Source: Saccharofermentanales bacterium
GTDB taxonomy: Bacteria > Bacillota > Clostridia > Saccharofermentanales > DTU023
Assembly: GCA_050945515.1 (NCBI GenBank)
Contig: JBMNTB010000002.1
Location: 9,431-73,430 of the forward strand
Length of the DNA stretch: 64,000 bases
Reading direction: 5' to 3'
Part shown: piece by piece, positions 48,862-57,899 of the stretch
How positions within the stretch are numbered: the stretch's first letter is position 1
Layout of the letters: every line of letters starts with the position of its first letter
Program-made: the position numbers and the translations under genes
The notes under the pieces: model-generated
Databases searched by the model: none
Told to the model about the DNA's origin: nothing
Seen by the model: the letters and a program-made list of their open reading frames with translations, nothing else

Positions 48862-50847
48862 ATGGTCAGAGCAAGAGAGTATGGCAATGAAAGCATCAGT
48901 GCGTTGAAAGGTGCAGACCGAGTTCGGAAAAGACCATCTGTAATATTTGGCTCAGACGATCTCAGTGGTACGGAACAGTCATTTTTTGAGATTCTGTCCA
49001 ACTCCATTGACGAAGCTAGGGAGGGTTTCGGCGATCTGATTACCGTGACCCGTTATGCCGATCACAGCATTAAAGTGGAAGATGAAGGTCGTGGATTGCC
49101 GGTAGATTATAATCCGCGCGAGAAACGATATAATTGGGAGCTGGTATATTGTGAATTATACGCTGGAGGTAAATATCGGACAAACGAAGGTTTTCATTAT
49201 GAGTACAGCCTGGGGCTGAATGGTTTGGGGGCCTGTGCAACACAATATGCTTCCGAGTTTTTTGATGTGATATCTGTGCGTGATGGCTATCGATATGAAC
49301 TACACTTTGAAAAAGGTGAAAATATCGGCGGTTTAATGAAGACTGCAACTAATAGCAGGCGTACGGGCACAATTCAACATTGGAAACCTGACTTGGATGT
49401 TTTTACTGAGATAGAGATTCCTGCTCAGAACTTTCATACTATTTTAAAACGTCAGGCAATTATCAACGCAGGCATACGATTTCGATTTGATGATAAATTA
49501 ACCGAAGAAAGCATTGATTTCTTCTATCCGGAAGGGATTCTAGGTTATGTCAAAGAACTGGACCAGGGGAAGGGCATATCTGAACCGTTCTTTTTCGAAG
49601 GAGAAGGAATGGGTAAAGACAGGTCAGACAAACCGGAGTACAAAGTTCTGGCTCAATGTGCTTTTTGTTTTAATAATGAAGTAGATAAATGCGAGTTTTT
49701 CCATAATTCCAGCTGGCTGGAGTATGGCGGATCACCCGAAAAAGCTTTGCGTTCAGCTATGGTTGCAGAGATTGATAGCCTATTGAAAAGCGAAAATAAA
49801 TATAAAGCCAATGAAAGTAAAATTACTTTTACTGACATTGAGGATAGTCTTATTTGGATTTCAAGTTCATTCTCAACTCTTACAAGCTATGAGAATCAGA
49901 CAAAAAAATCAATTAGCAACAAATTTGTCCAAGAATTTATGACTGACCTGATCAGAGAACAATTGGAGATCTGGTTTATTGAACATAAAGCAGAGACTCT
50001 AAAAATTTTGGATCAAGTGCTTATTAACAAGCGCAGTCGCGAGAATGCGGAAAGGACGAGATTAGATGTGAGGAGGAAGTTGATGGGCAACATCGACTTT
50101 CAGAATCGAATTAAGAACTTTGTAGATTGCAGAACTCGAGATGTCGAACGCAGAGAGCTATATATTGTCGAGGGTAACTCGGCCTTAGGGTCTGTTAAGA
50201 TGGCACGTGATGCAGAATATCAGGCGGTTATACCAATTCGCGGTAAGATTTTGAACTGTTTGAAGGCTGATTATAAGACCATCTTTAATAGTGAAATAAT
50301 TACTGATTTGATAAAAGTTTTAGGTTGTGGGGTTGAAATCAAATCCAAACATAGCAATAAAATGTCAAGCTTTGATTTGGACAGTTTGCGCTGGAATAAG
50401 ATCATAATCTGTACAGATGCCGATGTCGATGGTTTTCACATCAGAACAATGATTCTAGCTATGTTCTATCGATTGATGCCGACTTTAATCAATGAAGGGA
50501 AAATATTTATTGCAGAATCTCCTCTGTTTGAAATTACGCATGTAGTCAAAAAAGTAGAGCGCACCTTGTTTGCATATAGCGATCTCGAAAAGAATGAAAT
50601 TGTATCCGGTCTAAATGGCGGGAGCATTCATATACAGCGTTCCAAGGGATTAGGTGAAAATGAGCCGGATATGATGTGGCAAACTACAATGAATCCTGCA
50701 ACCAGAAAATTGATTGAAATCTTGCCTACCGGCAGGGAAGAGGCGGCAGAAATATTTGACCTTTTGCTGGGTGATAATCTTGCAGGCAGAAAGCAGTATA
50801 TCGAAGATTATGGCGAATCATATATGGATATGTTGGACTTGGCCTAA
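48862..50847 (+). CDS. parE: type IIA DNA topoisomerase subunit B (ParE/GyrB-like, divergent)
   Basis: The GHKL N-box is FEILSNSIDEA and the G1 box EDEGRGLP. The QTK loop (YENQTKKS), Toprim IVEGNSALGS and IICTDADVDGFHI, and PIRGKILN are also present. Confidence 0.85.
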   Translation: MVRAREYGNESISALKGADRVRKRPSVIFGSDDLSGTEQSFFEILSNSIDEAREGFGDLITVTRYADHSIKVEDEGRGLPVDYNPREKRYNWELVYCELYAGGKYRTNEGFHYEYSLGLNGLGACATQYASEFFDVISVRDGYRYELHFEKGENIGGLMKTATNSRRTGTIQHWKPDLDVFTEIEIPAQNFHTILKRQAIINAGIRFRFDDKLTEESIDFFYPEGILGYVKELDQGKGISEPFFFEGEGMGKDRSDKPEYKVLAQCAFCFNNEVDKCEFFHNSSWLEYGGSPEKALRSAMVAEIDSLLKSENKYKANESKITFTDIEDSLIWISSSFSTLTSYENQTKKSISNKFVQEFMTDLIREQLEIWFIEHKAETLKILDQVLINKRSRENAERTRLDVRRKLMGNIDFQNRIKNFVDCRTRDVERRELYIVEGNSALGSVKMARDAEYQAVIPIRGKILNCLKADYKTIFNSEIITDLIKVLGCGVEIKSKHSNKMSSFDLDSLRWNKIIICTDADVDGFHIRTMILAMFYRLMPTLINEGKIFIAESPLFEITHVVKKVERTLFAYSDLEKNEIVSGLNGGSIHIQRSKGLGENEPDMMWQTTMNPATRKLIEILPTGREEAAEIFDLLLGDNLAGRKQYIEDYGESYMDMLDLA

Positions 50848-50860
50848 GACCGGAGGATAG

Positions 50861-53068
50861 ATGAACGATAGTTACAACGAGCATATTAGACAGCCGATCA
50901 CAGATACCCTGTTGAACAATTTTATGCCATATGCCATGAGTGTTATTATCTCCAGGGCTATCCCGGAGATCGATGGTTTTAAGCCAGCACATCGCAAATT
51001 GCTCTATACCATGTACCGGATGAAGTTGCTCAATTCACCGCGGGCAAAATCTGCAGATGTTGTCGGTCAAACGATGGCCTTGAACCCACATGGCGACCAG
51101 ACTATTTACGAGACAATGGTCAGATTGACACGTGGTAATGCGGCTTTAATCCATCCTTGGATTGATTCTAAAGGTAACTTTGGAAAAGTCTACTCACGGG
51201 ATATGCAATATGCAGCTGCACGCTATACTGAAGTAAGGCTTGATCCGAGTGCGAGTTTAATTCTTGACGGCTTGGAAAAAGATACGGTTGATTTTATAGA
51301 TAATTATTCCGGTACTATGAAAGAACCGGTATTGCTGCCGGCTGCTTTTCCGACTATTTTGGTTAATGCTAATCAGGGGATTGCGGTGGGTATGGCGAGC
51401 AATATCTGTTCTTTTAATCTTAAAGAAGTATGCCTGACGACTGCGGCTTATATTAATAACCGTAAGCATGATCTGCTTGAGACAATGCCTGCACCGGATT
51501 TTTCAACTGCCGGTGAGCTGATTTATGTTAAAGAGCAGATGCGCAAAATTTATGAAACAGGCAGAGGCACATTTAAGCTGCGTGGAAAATGTAGGATTGA
51601 TAAGAAAGCTAATTTAATCGAAATCTATGAGATACCATATAATACCACGGTTGAAGCCATAATTGACGATATATCTGCCCAGTCCCGTAGGGGAAAGTTT
51701 CGTGAGATTATTGACGTTAGGGATGAGACCGATTTGAACGGTTTAAAAATTACTGTTAGCTATAAAAAAAATACTGATGTCAAGATGCTTATGTTAAAGC
51801 TTTTTGATCTAACCTCCCTAGAAACCTGTTTTTCCTGTAATTTCAATATTCTCGTCTCCGGTCGTCCTAAAACTATGGGTATATATGAAATATTGGATCA
51901 TTGGATCAGCTGGCGCCAAGATTGTGTCAGGCGCGAAGCCAATTTTGATCGCCAAAAAAAGGAAGAAAAGTTGCATCTGTTAAAAGCTCTGGAATTGATC
52001 TTGCTGGATATTGATAAAGCGATTTCTTTGATCAGATTAACTAAAACCGAAAGCGAGGTCATACCGAATCTAATGTCCAATTTTGGCATAGACAAGGTGC
52101 AGGCGGAATTTGTAGCGGAAATTAAGCTGCGCCATTTGAATAGGGAGTATATCCTGAGACGAATTGATGAAATTGCTGAATTGGAAGCTGAAATCTATGA
52201 ATTAAAGAGTCTGGCTGATAGTACTAGAAAAATCAACAGTCTGATCAGTACTCAATTACGCGATATTGCCAAAGATTACGGCCGTGAGAGACTAACGGTT
52301 CTGATTGAGCCGGAGGAAGTACCCGTTCTGAAAGAGGAGGATCTGATAGATGATTACAATATTAGGCTATTTCTTACCGATGAAGGCTATTTTAAGAAAA
52401 TGGCGCTAACTTCTTTACGGGGTAATTTTGAATTAAAACTTAAAGATGGAGACCGGATTATCCAGGAGATAGAAACTACAAATAAAGCAGAAATTATTTT
52501 TGTGACCGATAAAGCGCAAGTGTATAAAATTTTTGCCTATGATATTGAGGACCATAAACCATCCTTTATCGGAGACTACACACCAAATTTGCTGGAGTTG
52601 GATGAAGGAGAAACTGTAGTTGTGATGTATGCTACAGATAGTGAGTTCGCGGGGCAAATGCTTTTTGTTTTTGAAGATCGCAGAGCAGTTCGAGTTGATG
52701 TCTCCGCTTATGAAACTAAAAATAGGCGCAGGAAAATTGTCAGTGCTTACTCTGATCATGCTCCGCTGGTAGGAGCTGCATATATAGGTGTTGATGAAGA
52801 TCCTGTATTCGGTGTTGTAAATAACCAGGGTAAGTTGTTGATATTTTCATCTTCCCAAGTAACTTATAAAACTACTCGCACGTCTAGAGGCAGCTTTATT
52901 ATGTCCGGCAGCAAGCAGGATAAGACAATCACAAATTTCTTAAACAGCGCGGAATTGTCACAGTTGGAAGATCAGGGCTATTATAAAGTGAAAAAGCTTC
53001 CCGGTTCGGGACGGTACATACGCGATAAAGCATTTGAGGATAAGCAAATCAGCCTGGAGAATCTGTGA
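50861..53068 (+). CDS. parC: type IIA DNA topoisomerase subunit A (ParC/GyrA-like, divergent, 735 aa)
   Basis: Motifs seen: FMPYAMSVIISRAIPEIDGFKPAHRKLLY, HPHGD-like NPHGDQTIYETMVRL, the catalytic Tyr context AAARY122TEVRL, and GIAVGMASNI. Confidence 0.85.
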   Translation: MNDSYNEHIRQPITDTLLNNFMPYAMSVIISRAIPEIDGFKPAHRKLLYTMYRMKLLNSPRAKSADVVGQTMALNPHGDQTIYETMVRLTRGNAALIHPWIDSKGNFGKVYSRDMQYAAARYTEVRLDPSASLILDGLEKDTVDFIDNYSGTMKEPVLLPAAFPTILVNANQGIAVGMASNICSFNLKEVCLTTAAYINNRKHDLLETMPAPDFSTAGELIYVKEQMRKIYETGRGTFKLRGKCRIDKKANLIEIYEIPYNTTVEAIIDDISAQSRRGKFREIIDVRDETDLNGLKITVSYKKNTDVKMLMLKLFDLTSLETCFSCNFNILVSGRPKTMGIYEILDHWISWRQDCVRREANFDRQKKEEKLHLLKALELILLDIDKAISLIRLTKTESEVIPNLMSNFGIDKVQAEFVAEIKLRHLNREYILRRIDEIAELEAEIYELKSLADSTRKINSLISTQLRDIAKDYGRERLTVLIEPEEVPVLKEEDLIDDYNIRLFLTDEGYFKKMALTSLRGNFELKLKDGDRIIQEIETTNKAEIIFVTDKAQVYKIFAYDIEDHKPSFIGDYTPNLLELDEGETVVVMYATDSEFAGQMLFVFEDRRAVRVDVSAYETKNRRRKIVSAYSDHAPLVGAAYIGVDEDPVFGVVNNQGKLLIFSSSQVTYKTTRTSRGSFIMSGSKQDKTITNFLNSAELSQLEDQGYYKVKKLPGSGRYIRDKAFEDKQISLENL

Positions 53069-54930
53069 TGTCAAAGGAATGGATGCCACCGGGAGGACCT
53101 GACGGATACCGTAAGGTTAAAAAGAGCAGACTACGTCCTCTAATTATTATCCTGCTTCTTTCTGTTTTTATAGTTATAGCCATAGTTATCTGGCCCAAAC
53201 AAGTTGTGCATGATTCCGATGTATATCTGAAAGCCATAGAGGAAAAAGATTATCAATATTTAATGGAGCTATATTCCGCTACTAGAGATTTGGCCTTTGA
53301 TAATACTAAATCAAAAGCAGTCAGAGAAGCGAAATTAGCAGAGATGCATATCATCGAAACGCATATTAAAGACAAGACATTATCCATTATTGAGCAGATT
53401 AAAAAGAATAACCCCCTTTCCACCGAAGATAAAAATTTTCTGTCACTAACTGGCATTGTTAGCACGGAACTGATAATTGAGTTTTTGGAAGAACAAGGCA
53501 TCGAATTTGTTAAAGATAATATTACAGAGTCAGATTTTGCTGAACAACTGAAGACTTTACAACAAATTGACCGTTTTCAATCAATAGTTAAGCCAATTAT
53601 TGATTCTTTGGAAGCCATAAAACTTGTTCAAGACGATGTGAAACAGGCTGAACAATTCGCAAGTGACAAAAATTGGCCTATGGCGTACAAACTGTGGAAT
53701 AGCTTATTACTGGAAGAAGTGCCATTGGCCGTTAGTAAATATGTGGAGCGTAGGAAAGATGAGATTGCGCAGGCAGTATATGATGAGTATCATCAGAAAA
53801 TATCCCAATGCATCGAAAATGGCAGATATTATACTGCCAAAAAAGTACTGACGGAGGTTATGGTTTTCTTTCCGGACGATCCGGAGTTTTTAAGCTGGTA
53901 TAGTCAGGTTAGTTCGGCTACAGACTCTGTTCAAGTTAGTTGGAACCGAGCTATAGAACATATCACAATGAGGCCGATTATTATTGATGCTGCACGTGCT
54001 TTTGACAATGATATTTATGCCAAGCAGGCGGATTCTTTGATGATTACTGCCGATGAATTCAAATCCATCTTAAGTCAGCTGCTGGCCAATGATTATATCT
54101 TGGTACCTGGAGATAGCTTTATTTCTGAGAAGGGAAAATACACGCCAATCCTTATCCCTGAGGGCAAGAAACCATTGGTTTTGGTAATTGAAAGTTTTGC
54201 ATATTCCCCTTTAAGAGCAGAGAGTGGGACAGCTGAGTGTCTGGAGTTGACAGACCAAAATAAAATTGTCGGGGTGCTGACAGACCATATTACAGGCAGT
54301 AAAGAAATTCTTGAAGCCAATTCCGAAATAGGGTTACTCAATGCCTTCTGCCGAGAGCATCCTGAGTTTTCTTATGATGGGGCTAAAGCCACGTTGGCCA
54401 TTACTGCTAACCGCAGTATTTTTGGTTATATATATTCCCAAGCTTCGCTAGATAATTGGAATGAGGAGAGGAGACAGCTGAATCTTGCCCCCCTTGAGTT
54501 AAGCCAGGATGAATTAATGATTAATCGAACTAAAATAAAAGAAATTGCAGATGAGTTGCGCATAGAAGGATATACTCTGGCCAGTAATACCTGGGGAGGA
54601 ATAAATATTCCGAACAGTAACCTTGAAGCTATAGTTAAGGATTTAAAAAAATGGCAGGATGAGGTTGAACCTTTAATTGGTAAAGTTAGAATTTTGCATT
54701 ATCCAAATGGTGATCATGTTTTTTCGGATTCCACAAGATTATCACTTTTGACGGATGCCGGCTTTTGCATTCTTTCAGGATATGGAAACAAAGCATATAT
54801 GGTTTCAGGTAAAGGTCATGTGCATACTGATAAGGTCTACATAGGTGGCGATGAACTGAGAAAACCCCAAAGGCAAAATCTTGGTCGTTTTTTTGATTCT
54901 GACAAAATTTTGAGCAGTTCCCGACCTTAG
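53065..54930 (+). CDS. membrane-anchored extracytoplasmic protein with helical region and NodB (polysaccharide deacetylase)-like domain with substituted motifs
   Basis: There is an N-terminal TM segment (LIIILLLSVFIVIAIVIW). ITADEFKSILSQLLANDYILV...KKPLVLVIESFAY...EGYTLASNTWGG...ILHYPNGD parallels the NodB layout. The start GTGATG overlaps the parC stop. Confidence 0.55.
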   Translation: MMSKEWMPPGGPDGYRKVKKSRLRPLIIILLLSVFIVIAIVIWPKQVVHDSDVYLKAIEEKDYQYLMELYSATRDLAFDNTKSKAVREAKLAEMHIIETHIKDKTLSIIEQIKKNNPLSTEDKNFLSLTGIVSTELIIEFLEEQGIEFVKDNITESDFAEQLKTLQQIDRFQSIVKPIIDSLEAIKLVQDDVKQAEQFASDKNWPMAYKLWNSLLLEEVPLAVSKYVERRKDEIAQAVYDEYHQKISQCIENGRYYTAKKVLTEVMVFFPDDPEFLSWYSQVSSATDSVQVSWNRAIEHITMRPIIIDAARAFDNDIYAKQADSLMITADEFKSILSQLLANDYILVPGDSFISEKGKYTPILIPEGKKPLVLVIESFAYSPLRAESGTAECLELTDQNKIVGVLTDHITGSKEILEANSEIGLLNAFCREHPEFSYDGAKATLAITANRSIFGYIYSQASLDNWNEERRQLNLAPLELSQDELMINRTKIKEIADELRIEGYTLASNTWGGINIPNSNLEAIVKDLKKWQDEVEPLIGKVRILHYPNGDHVFSDSTRLSLLTDAGFCILSGYGNKAYMVSGKGHVHTDKVYIGGDELRKPQRQNLGRFFDSDKILSSSRP

Positions 54931-54963
54931 TAATCGACCTTAGTAATCGTACCTTAGTAATCG
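54924..54963 (+). repeat. tandem direct repeat, 3 exact copies of accttagtaatcg (13/14-nt period) plus a degenerate 4th copy
   Basis: The copies lie at 54924-54936, 54937-54949 and 54951-54963. The first contains the stop codon of the preceding CDS. Confidence 0.85.
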
Positions 54964-55012
54964 CATAGTAGTGATTGGAGTAGCGACTTAGGGCATGCTA
55001 AAATAGATAGAT

Positions 55013-55543
55013 ATGTGGCTGAAAAATTTTCGCAAGCAAATGATGCCAGACTGGTATGTGACAGACCTTAGACGAGTTGATTGGTCTAAGCTTGTAGAGC
55101 GTGGAATTAAAGTTGTTATGCTGGATCTTGATAATACATTGGCACAACATGGGTCCCGCAGTGGTGATGAGTACGCCGATGAGGTTATCGCCGCAGTAAA
55201 GCAAGCCGGATTAATGCCTGTTCTGCTAACTAATGCGAGAGGTGAGAGAGGCTACCAATTTGCTGAAGCGACAGGGATCGCATATGAGGGCAGGGCCGGC
55301 AAGCCGGGTACTTCCGGAATTCTAAAGATAATGCAACGCTATCAAGTTACTCCTGATCAAGTAGTTTTGGTTGGGGATCAAATTTTTACAGATGTTCTGG
55401 CGGGTAAAAGAGCAGGTGTCTTTATTCTACTGGTCAAACCTCGTTTCCACAGCGAAATAATCTCGATAAAATTTAAAAGGTGGTTCGAAGCGCTGCTAAT
55501 TAACAAAAGGGATTATGATTTTCTGGAGGATATCTTGCTCTAA
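55013..55543 (+). CDS. yqeG: YqeG-family HAD-IIIA phosphatase
   Basis: VVMLDLDNTL (DxD motif), GKPGTSG and VLVGDQIFTDVLAGKRAG are present. The protein is 176 aa. Confidence 0.8.
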   Translation: MWLKNFRKQMMPDWYVTDLRRVDWSKLVERGIKVVMLDLDNTLAQHGSRSGDEYADEVIAAVKQAGLMPVLLTNARGERGYQFAEATGIAYEGRAGKPGTSGILKIMQRYQVTPDQVVLVGDQIFTDVLAGKRAGVFILLVKPRFHSEIISIKFKRWFEALLINKRDYDFLEDILL

Positions 55544-55651
55544 ATCATTAAATATTGTTCAGTCAGAATGGTTTGCGGACTGACCAGATATAGCATAGAA
55601 TATACGCGATAGATGAATATATGCGCTAAATAGGCATTTACGGAGGTATTT

Positions 55652-56209
55652 ATGATTAGTGCAGGTGATTTCCGTAATGGAGTAAATTTCGTAATGGACG
55701 GTCAAATTTACCAAGTTGTTGATTTCCAGCATGTGAAACCGGGAAAAGGTTCTGCTTTTGTACGTACAACTTATAAAAATCTGAAGACAGGTAGTGTTGT
55801 GCAAAAGAGCTTTAATCCGTCGGAAAAATTTGAACAAGCTCAACTCAGTCGCCGTGATATGTCATATTTATACTCAGATGGCGATCTGTTATATTTCATG
55901 GATGTAGAATCCTATGACCAGATACCGATTGCCAAAGAAACTTTGGGTGATGGTATAACATTTCTCAAAGAGGGAATGACTTGTCGTGTAGTATCTTGGA
56001 GTGGGGAAATTCTCGAGGTTGAGCCACCGACTTTTGTTGAACTTGAAGTTACCGAATGCGAGCCTGCTGTGCGGGGAGATACTGCTACAACTGCCAATAA
56101 GAATGCTACGGTTGAAACGGGTGCCGTTTTGAAAGTACCCTTGTTTATCAATCGCGGCGATATCATACGCATAGATACCAGGTCCGGCGAATATATGGAA
56201 CGTGCCTAA
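55652..56209 (+). CDS. efp: elongation factor P
   Basis: [44 protein letters not shown] is the canonical sequence, with the conserved Lys32 loop. GGAGG lies upstream. Confidence 0.96.
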   Translation: MISAGDFRNGVNFVMDGQIYQVVDFQHVKPGKGSAFVRTTYKNLKTGSVVQKSFNPSEKFEQAQLSRRDMSYLYSDGDLLYFMDVESYDQIPIAKETLGDGITFLKEGMTCRVVSWSGEILEVEPPTFVELEVTECEPAVRGDTATTANKNATVETGAVLKVPLFINRGDIIRIDTRSGEYMERA

Positions 56210-56213
56210 AGTT

Positions 56214-56606
56214 ATGTCTGAAGAAGCGAATCGTTACTCAATTAAAGGTGAGCGTACGATGTCGCAAGGCTTCGTGGCTCAGTATGCGGCGGAGGCTACA
56301 ATGGCTACGAAAGGTGTTGACAGCCTTGATAGAGGTCTTATCGTGTCTCTGAAAGAATCTATCGGTGTGAGCCATGAAGGCAAAGGAGTCAAGGTATCAT
56401 TCCGAAGTGATCGATCTGATGCGGTTTCCATTACTGTTTACCCAATTATCGAGTTTGGCTATGTGATGCCTGATGTTGCCTGGTCTATTCAGGAACATGT
56501 CAAAGAGGAAGTAGAGCTATACACGGGACTTAATGTTGAAGCTGTTGATGTCCATGTAATGGGGGTCTCCGATATTGGTATCCAGACAGAATTAGATGAG
56601 GAATAA
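56214..56606 (+). CDS. Asp23/Gls24 family envelope stress protein
   Basis: SQGFVAQYAAEATMATKGVDSL...VSITVYPIIEFGYVMPDVAWSIQEHVKEEVELYTGLNVEAVDVHV matches the family pattern. The start is uncertain (56202, 56214 or 56259). Confidence 0.8.
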   Translation: MSEEANRYSIKGERTMSQGFVAQYAAEATMATKGVDSLDRGLIVSLKESIGVSHEGKGVKVSFRSDRSDAVSITVYPIIEFGYVMPDVAWSIQEHVKEEVELYTGLNVEAVDVHVMGVSDIGIQTELDEE

Positions 56607-56614
56607 TTTGGAAG

Positions 56615-57166
56615 ATGAATAGAATTAATCGCTTTATAATTATAGCTTTCTCCTTTGTATTGGCTGTGTTTTTTTTGTTGATTCTACTGATGCTGTCCAA
56701 TGAATTCATTCTCAAAGGAATGATTGAAACAGTAATTGATATAGCACAAAAGCAGCCGTATAAGACAGTTGCTATGATTGCTTGTCTGATCATTGTGCTG
56801 ATATCTCTAGCGGTTATGGTTGTTACGATCCTGACCGGCAGAATGAGAAAGCAAAGAGTGCGTTTAAATGAAATAGGTGCTATTGATATCGGTGTTGATG
56901 CCATAGAAAATATTGCATTGAATGCAGCCAAAGCATCACAGTCAGGCGTCAAATCAGCTAAAGCTTGGGTTTCGCCTTATAAAGGCGGGAAAATCTCAGT
57001 TACTATGAATGTAATGGCTTATTCTGACGTTGAGCTACCATTAATGATGTCTCGACTGCAGGAAAGAGTGAAAAAAGATATTGAGAAATATACAGGCATT
57101 GAAGTGGCTGATGTTCAGGTTAAAGTAAATCGCGTAGAAGCCATTGCGGCTCGTGTTGAGCGCTGA
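56615..57166 (+). CDS. amaP: alkaline shock response membrane anchor protein AmaP-like
   Basis: Two N-terminal TM segments precede an Asp23-like C-terminal region. Its position between asp23 and DUF2273 is typical for the family. Confidence 0.65.
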   Translation: MNRINRFIIIAFSFVLAVFFLLILLMLSNEFILKGMIETVIDIAQKQPYKTVAMIACLIIVLISLAVMVVTILTGRMRKQRVRLNEIGAIDIGVDAIENIALNAAKASQSGVKSAKAWVSPYKGGKISVTMNVMAYSDVELPLMMSRLQERVKKDIEKYTGIEVADVQVKVNRVEAIAARVER

Positions 57167-57177
57167 GGGCAGCGTAA

Positions 57178-57420
57178 ATGGCGCCCAGAAATTTGTTGCA
57201 AATTATTCGTGATGGCTTCGCACGCAACAGTCCCGGTATTGCCGGTGCAGCAATTGGACTTGCAATCGGTTTACTCTGGGTTTTGTTTGGCTTCTTTAGA
57301 ATGTTATTTATTCTGATTCTAGGCGTTGTGGGATATTATGTGGGAGCGAAATATTTCAGCCAGCCTGATGCGATCAGATCCTTACTTGACAGATTATTTC
57401 CACCTGGCAGATTTCGCTGA
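57178..57420 (+). CDS. DUF2273-like small integral membrane protein
   Basis: The 80 aa protein has two Gly-rich TM segments (GIAGAAIGLAIGLLWVLFGFF..ILILGVVGYYVGAKYF). The asp23-amaP operon context is conserved. Confidence 0.6.
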   Translation: MAPRNLLQIIRDGFARNSPGIAGAAIGLAIGLLWVLFGFFRMLFILILGVVGYYVGAKYFSQPDAIRSLLDRLFPPGRFR

Positions 57421-57443
57421 TCTATATAGAGGGGTGGTTAGAA

Positions 57444-57899
57444 TTGAGTCGTAAACTAGCGCGCGAACGTGCATTTATGTTTCTATATAGCCTTGAAATT
57501 CAACCTGATGACTATATTTTACAAAGACGACTTTTTTTAGATGAATGGCGTTTATCCAGAGCTGATACTGACTTTTTTGATTTAATAGTAACCGGTGTTC
57601 TTGAGCACAAAGAGGAATTTGATCGCGAAATAGAACCGCGGCTTATAGGCTGGGCTATTTCGCGTTTGCCGCGTATTGACTTAACAATTATGCGCCTAGC
57701 ATTGTTTGAAATGAAGTATTTAGAGGATATACCAACATCGGTATCTATTTCGGAAGCTGTTATTTTGGCGCGCAAATATAGTGACGAAAAATCGAGATCG
57801 TATATTAATGCTATTTTGGGCGGGATAGAACGAGACAGCACATTTGTAGGGTGTAAAAGCACTGATGCCGTTAAGGATAACAAGGATGAAAATTCTTAG
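57444..57899 (+). CDS. nusB: transcription antitermination factor NusB
   Basis: SRKLARERAFMFLYSLE.. and EAVILARKYSDEKSRSYINAILG are present. TTG start with GAGGGGTGG upstream. Confidence 0.9.
   Translation: MSRKLARERAFMFLYSLEIQPDDYILQRRLFLDEWRLSRADTDFFDLIVTGVLEHKEEFDREIEPRLIGWAISRLPRIDLTIMRLALFEMKYLEDIPTSVSISEAVILARKYSDEKSRSYINAILGGIERDSTFVGCKSTDAVKDNKDENS

Noticed and set aside
48702-48890. 62-aa ORF in the ald/topoisomerase intergenic region
   Set aside because: It has a TTG start with no Shine-Dalgarno sequence. It spans the promoter candidate and runs out of frame into the parE-like start. No motif is present.
56530-56952. 140-aa ORF antisense to asp23/amaP
   Set aside because: It overlaps two supported genes. 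Its hydrophobicity simply mirrors the AT-rich TM-coding sense strand.
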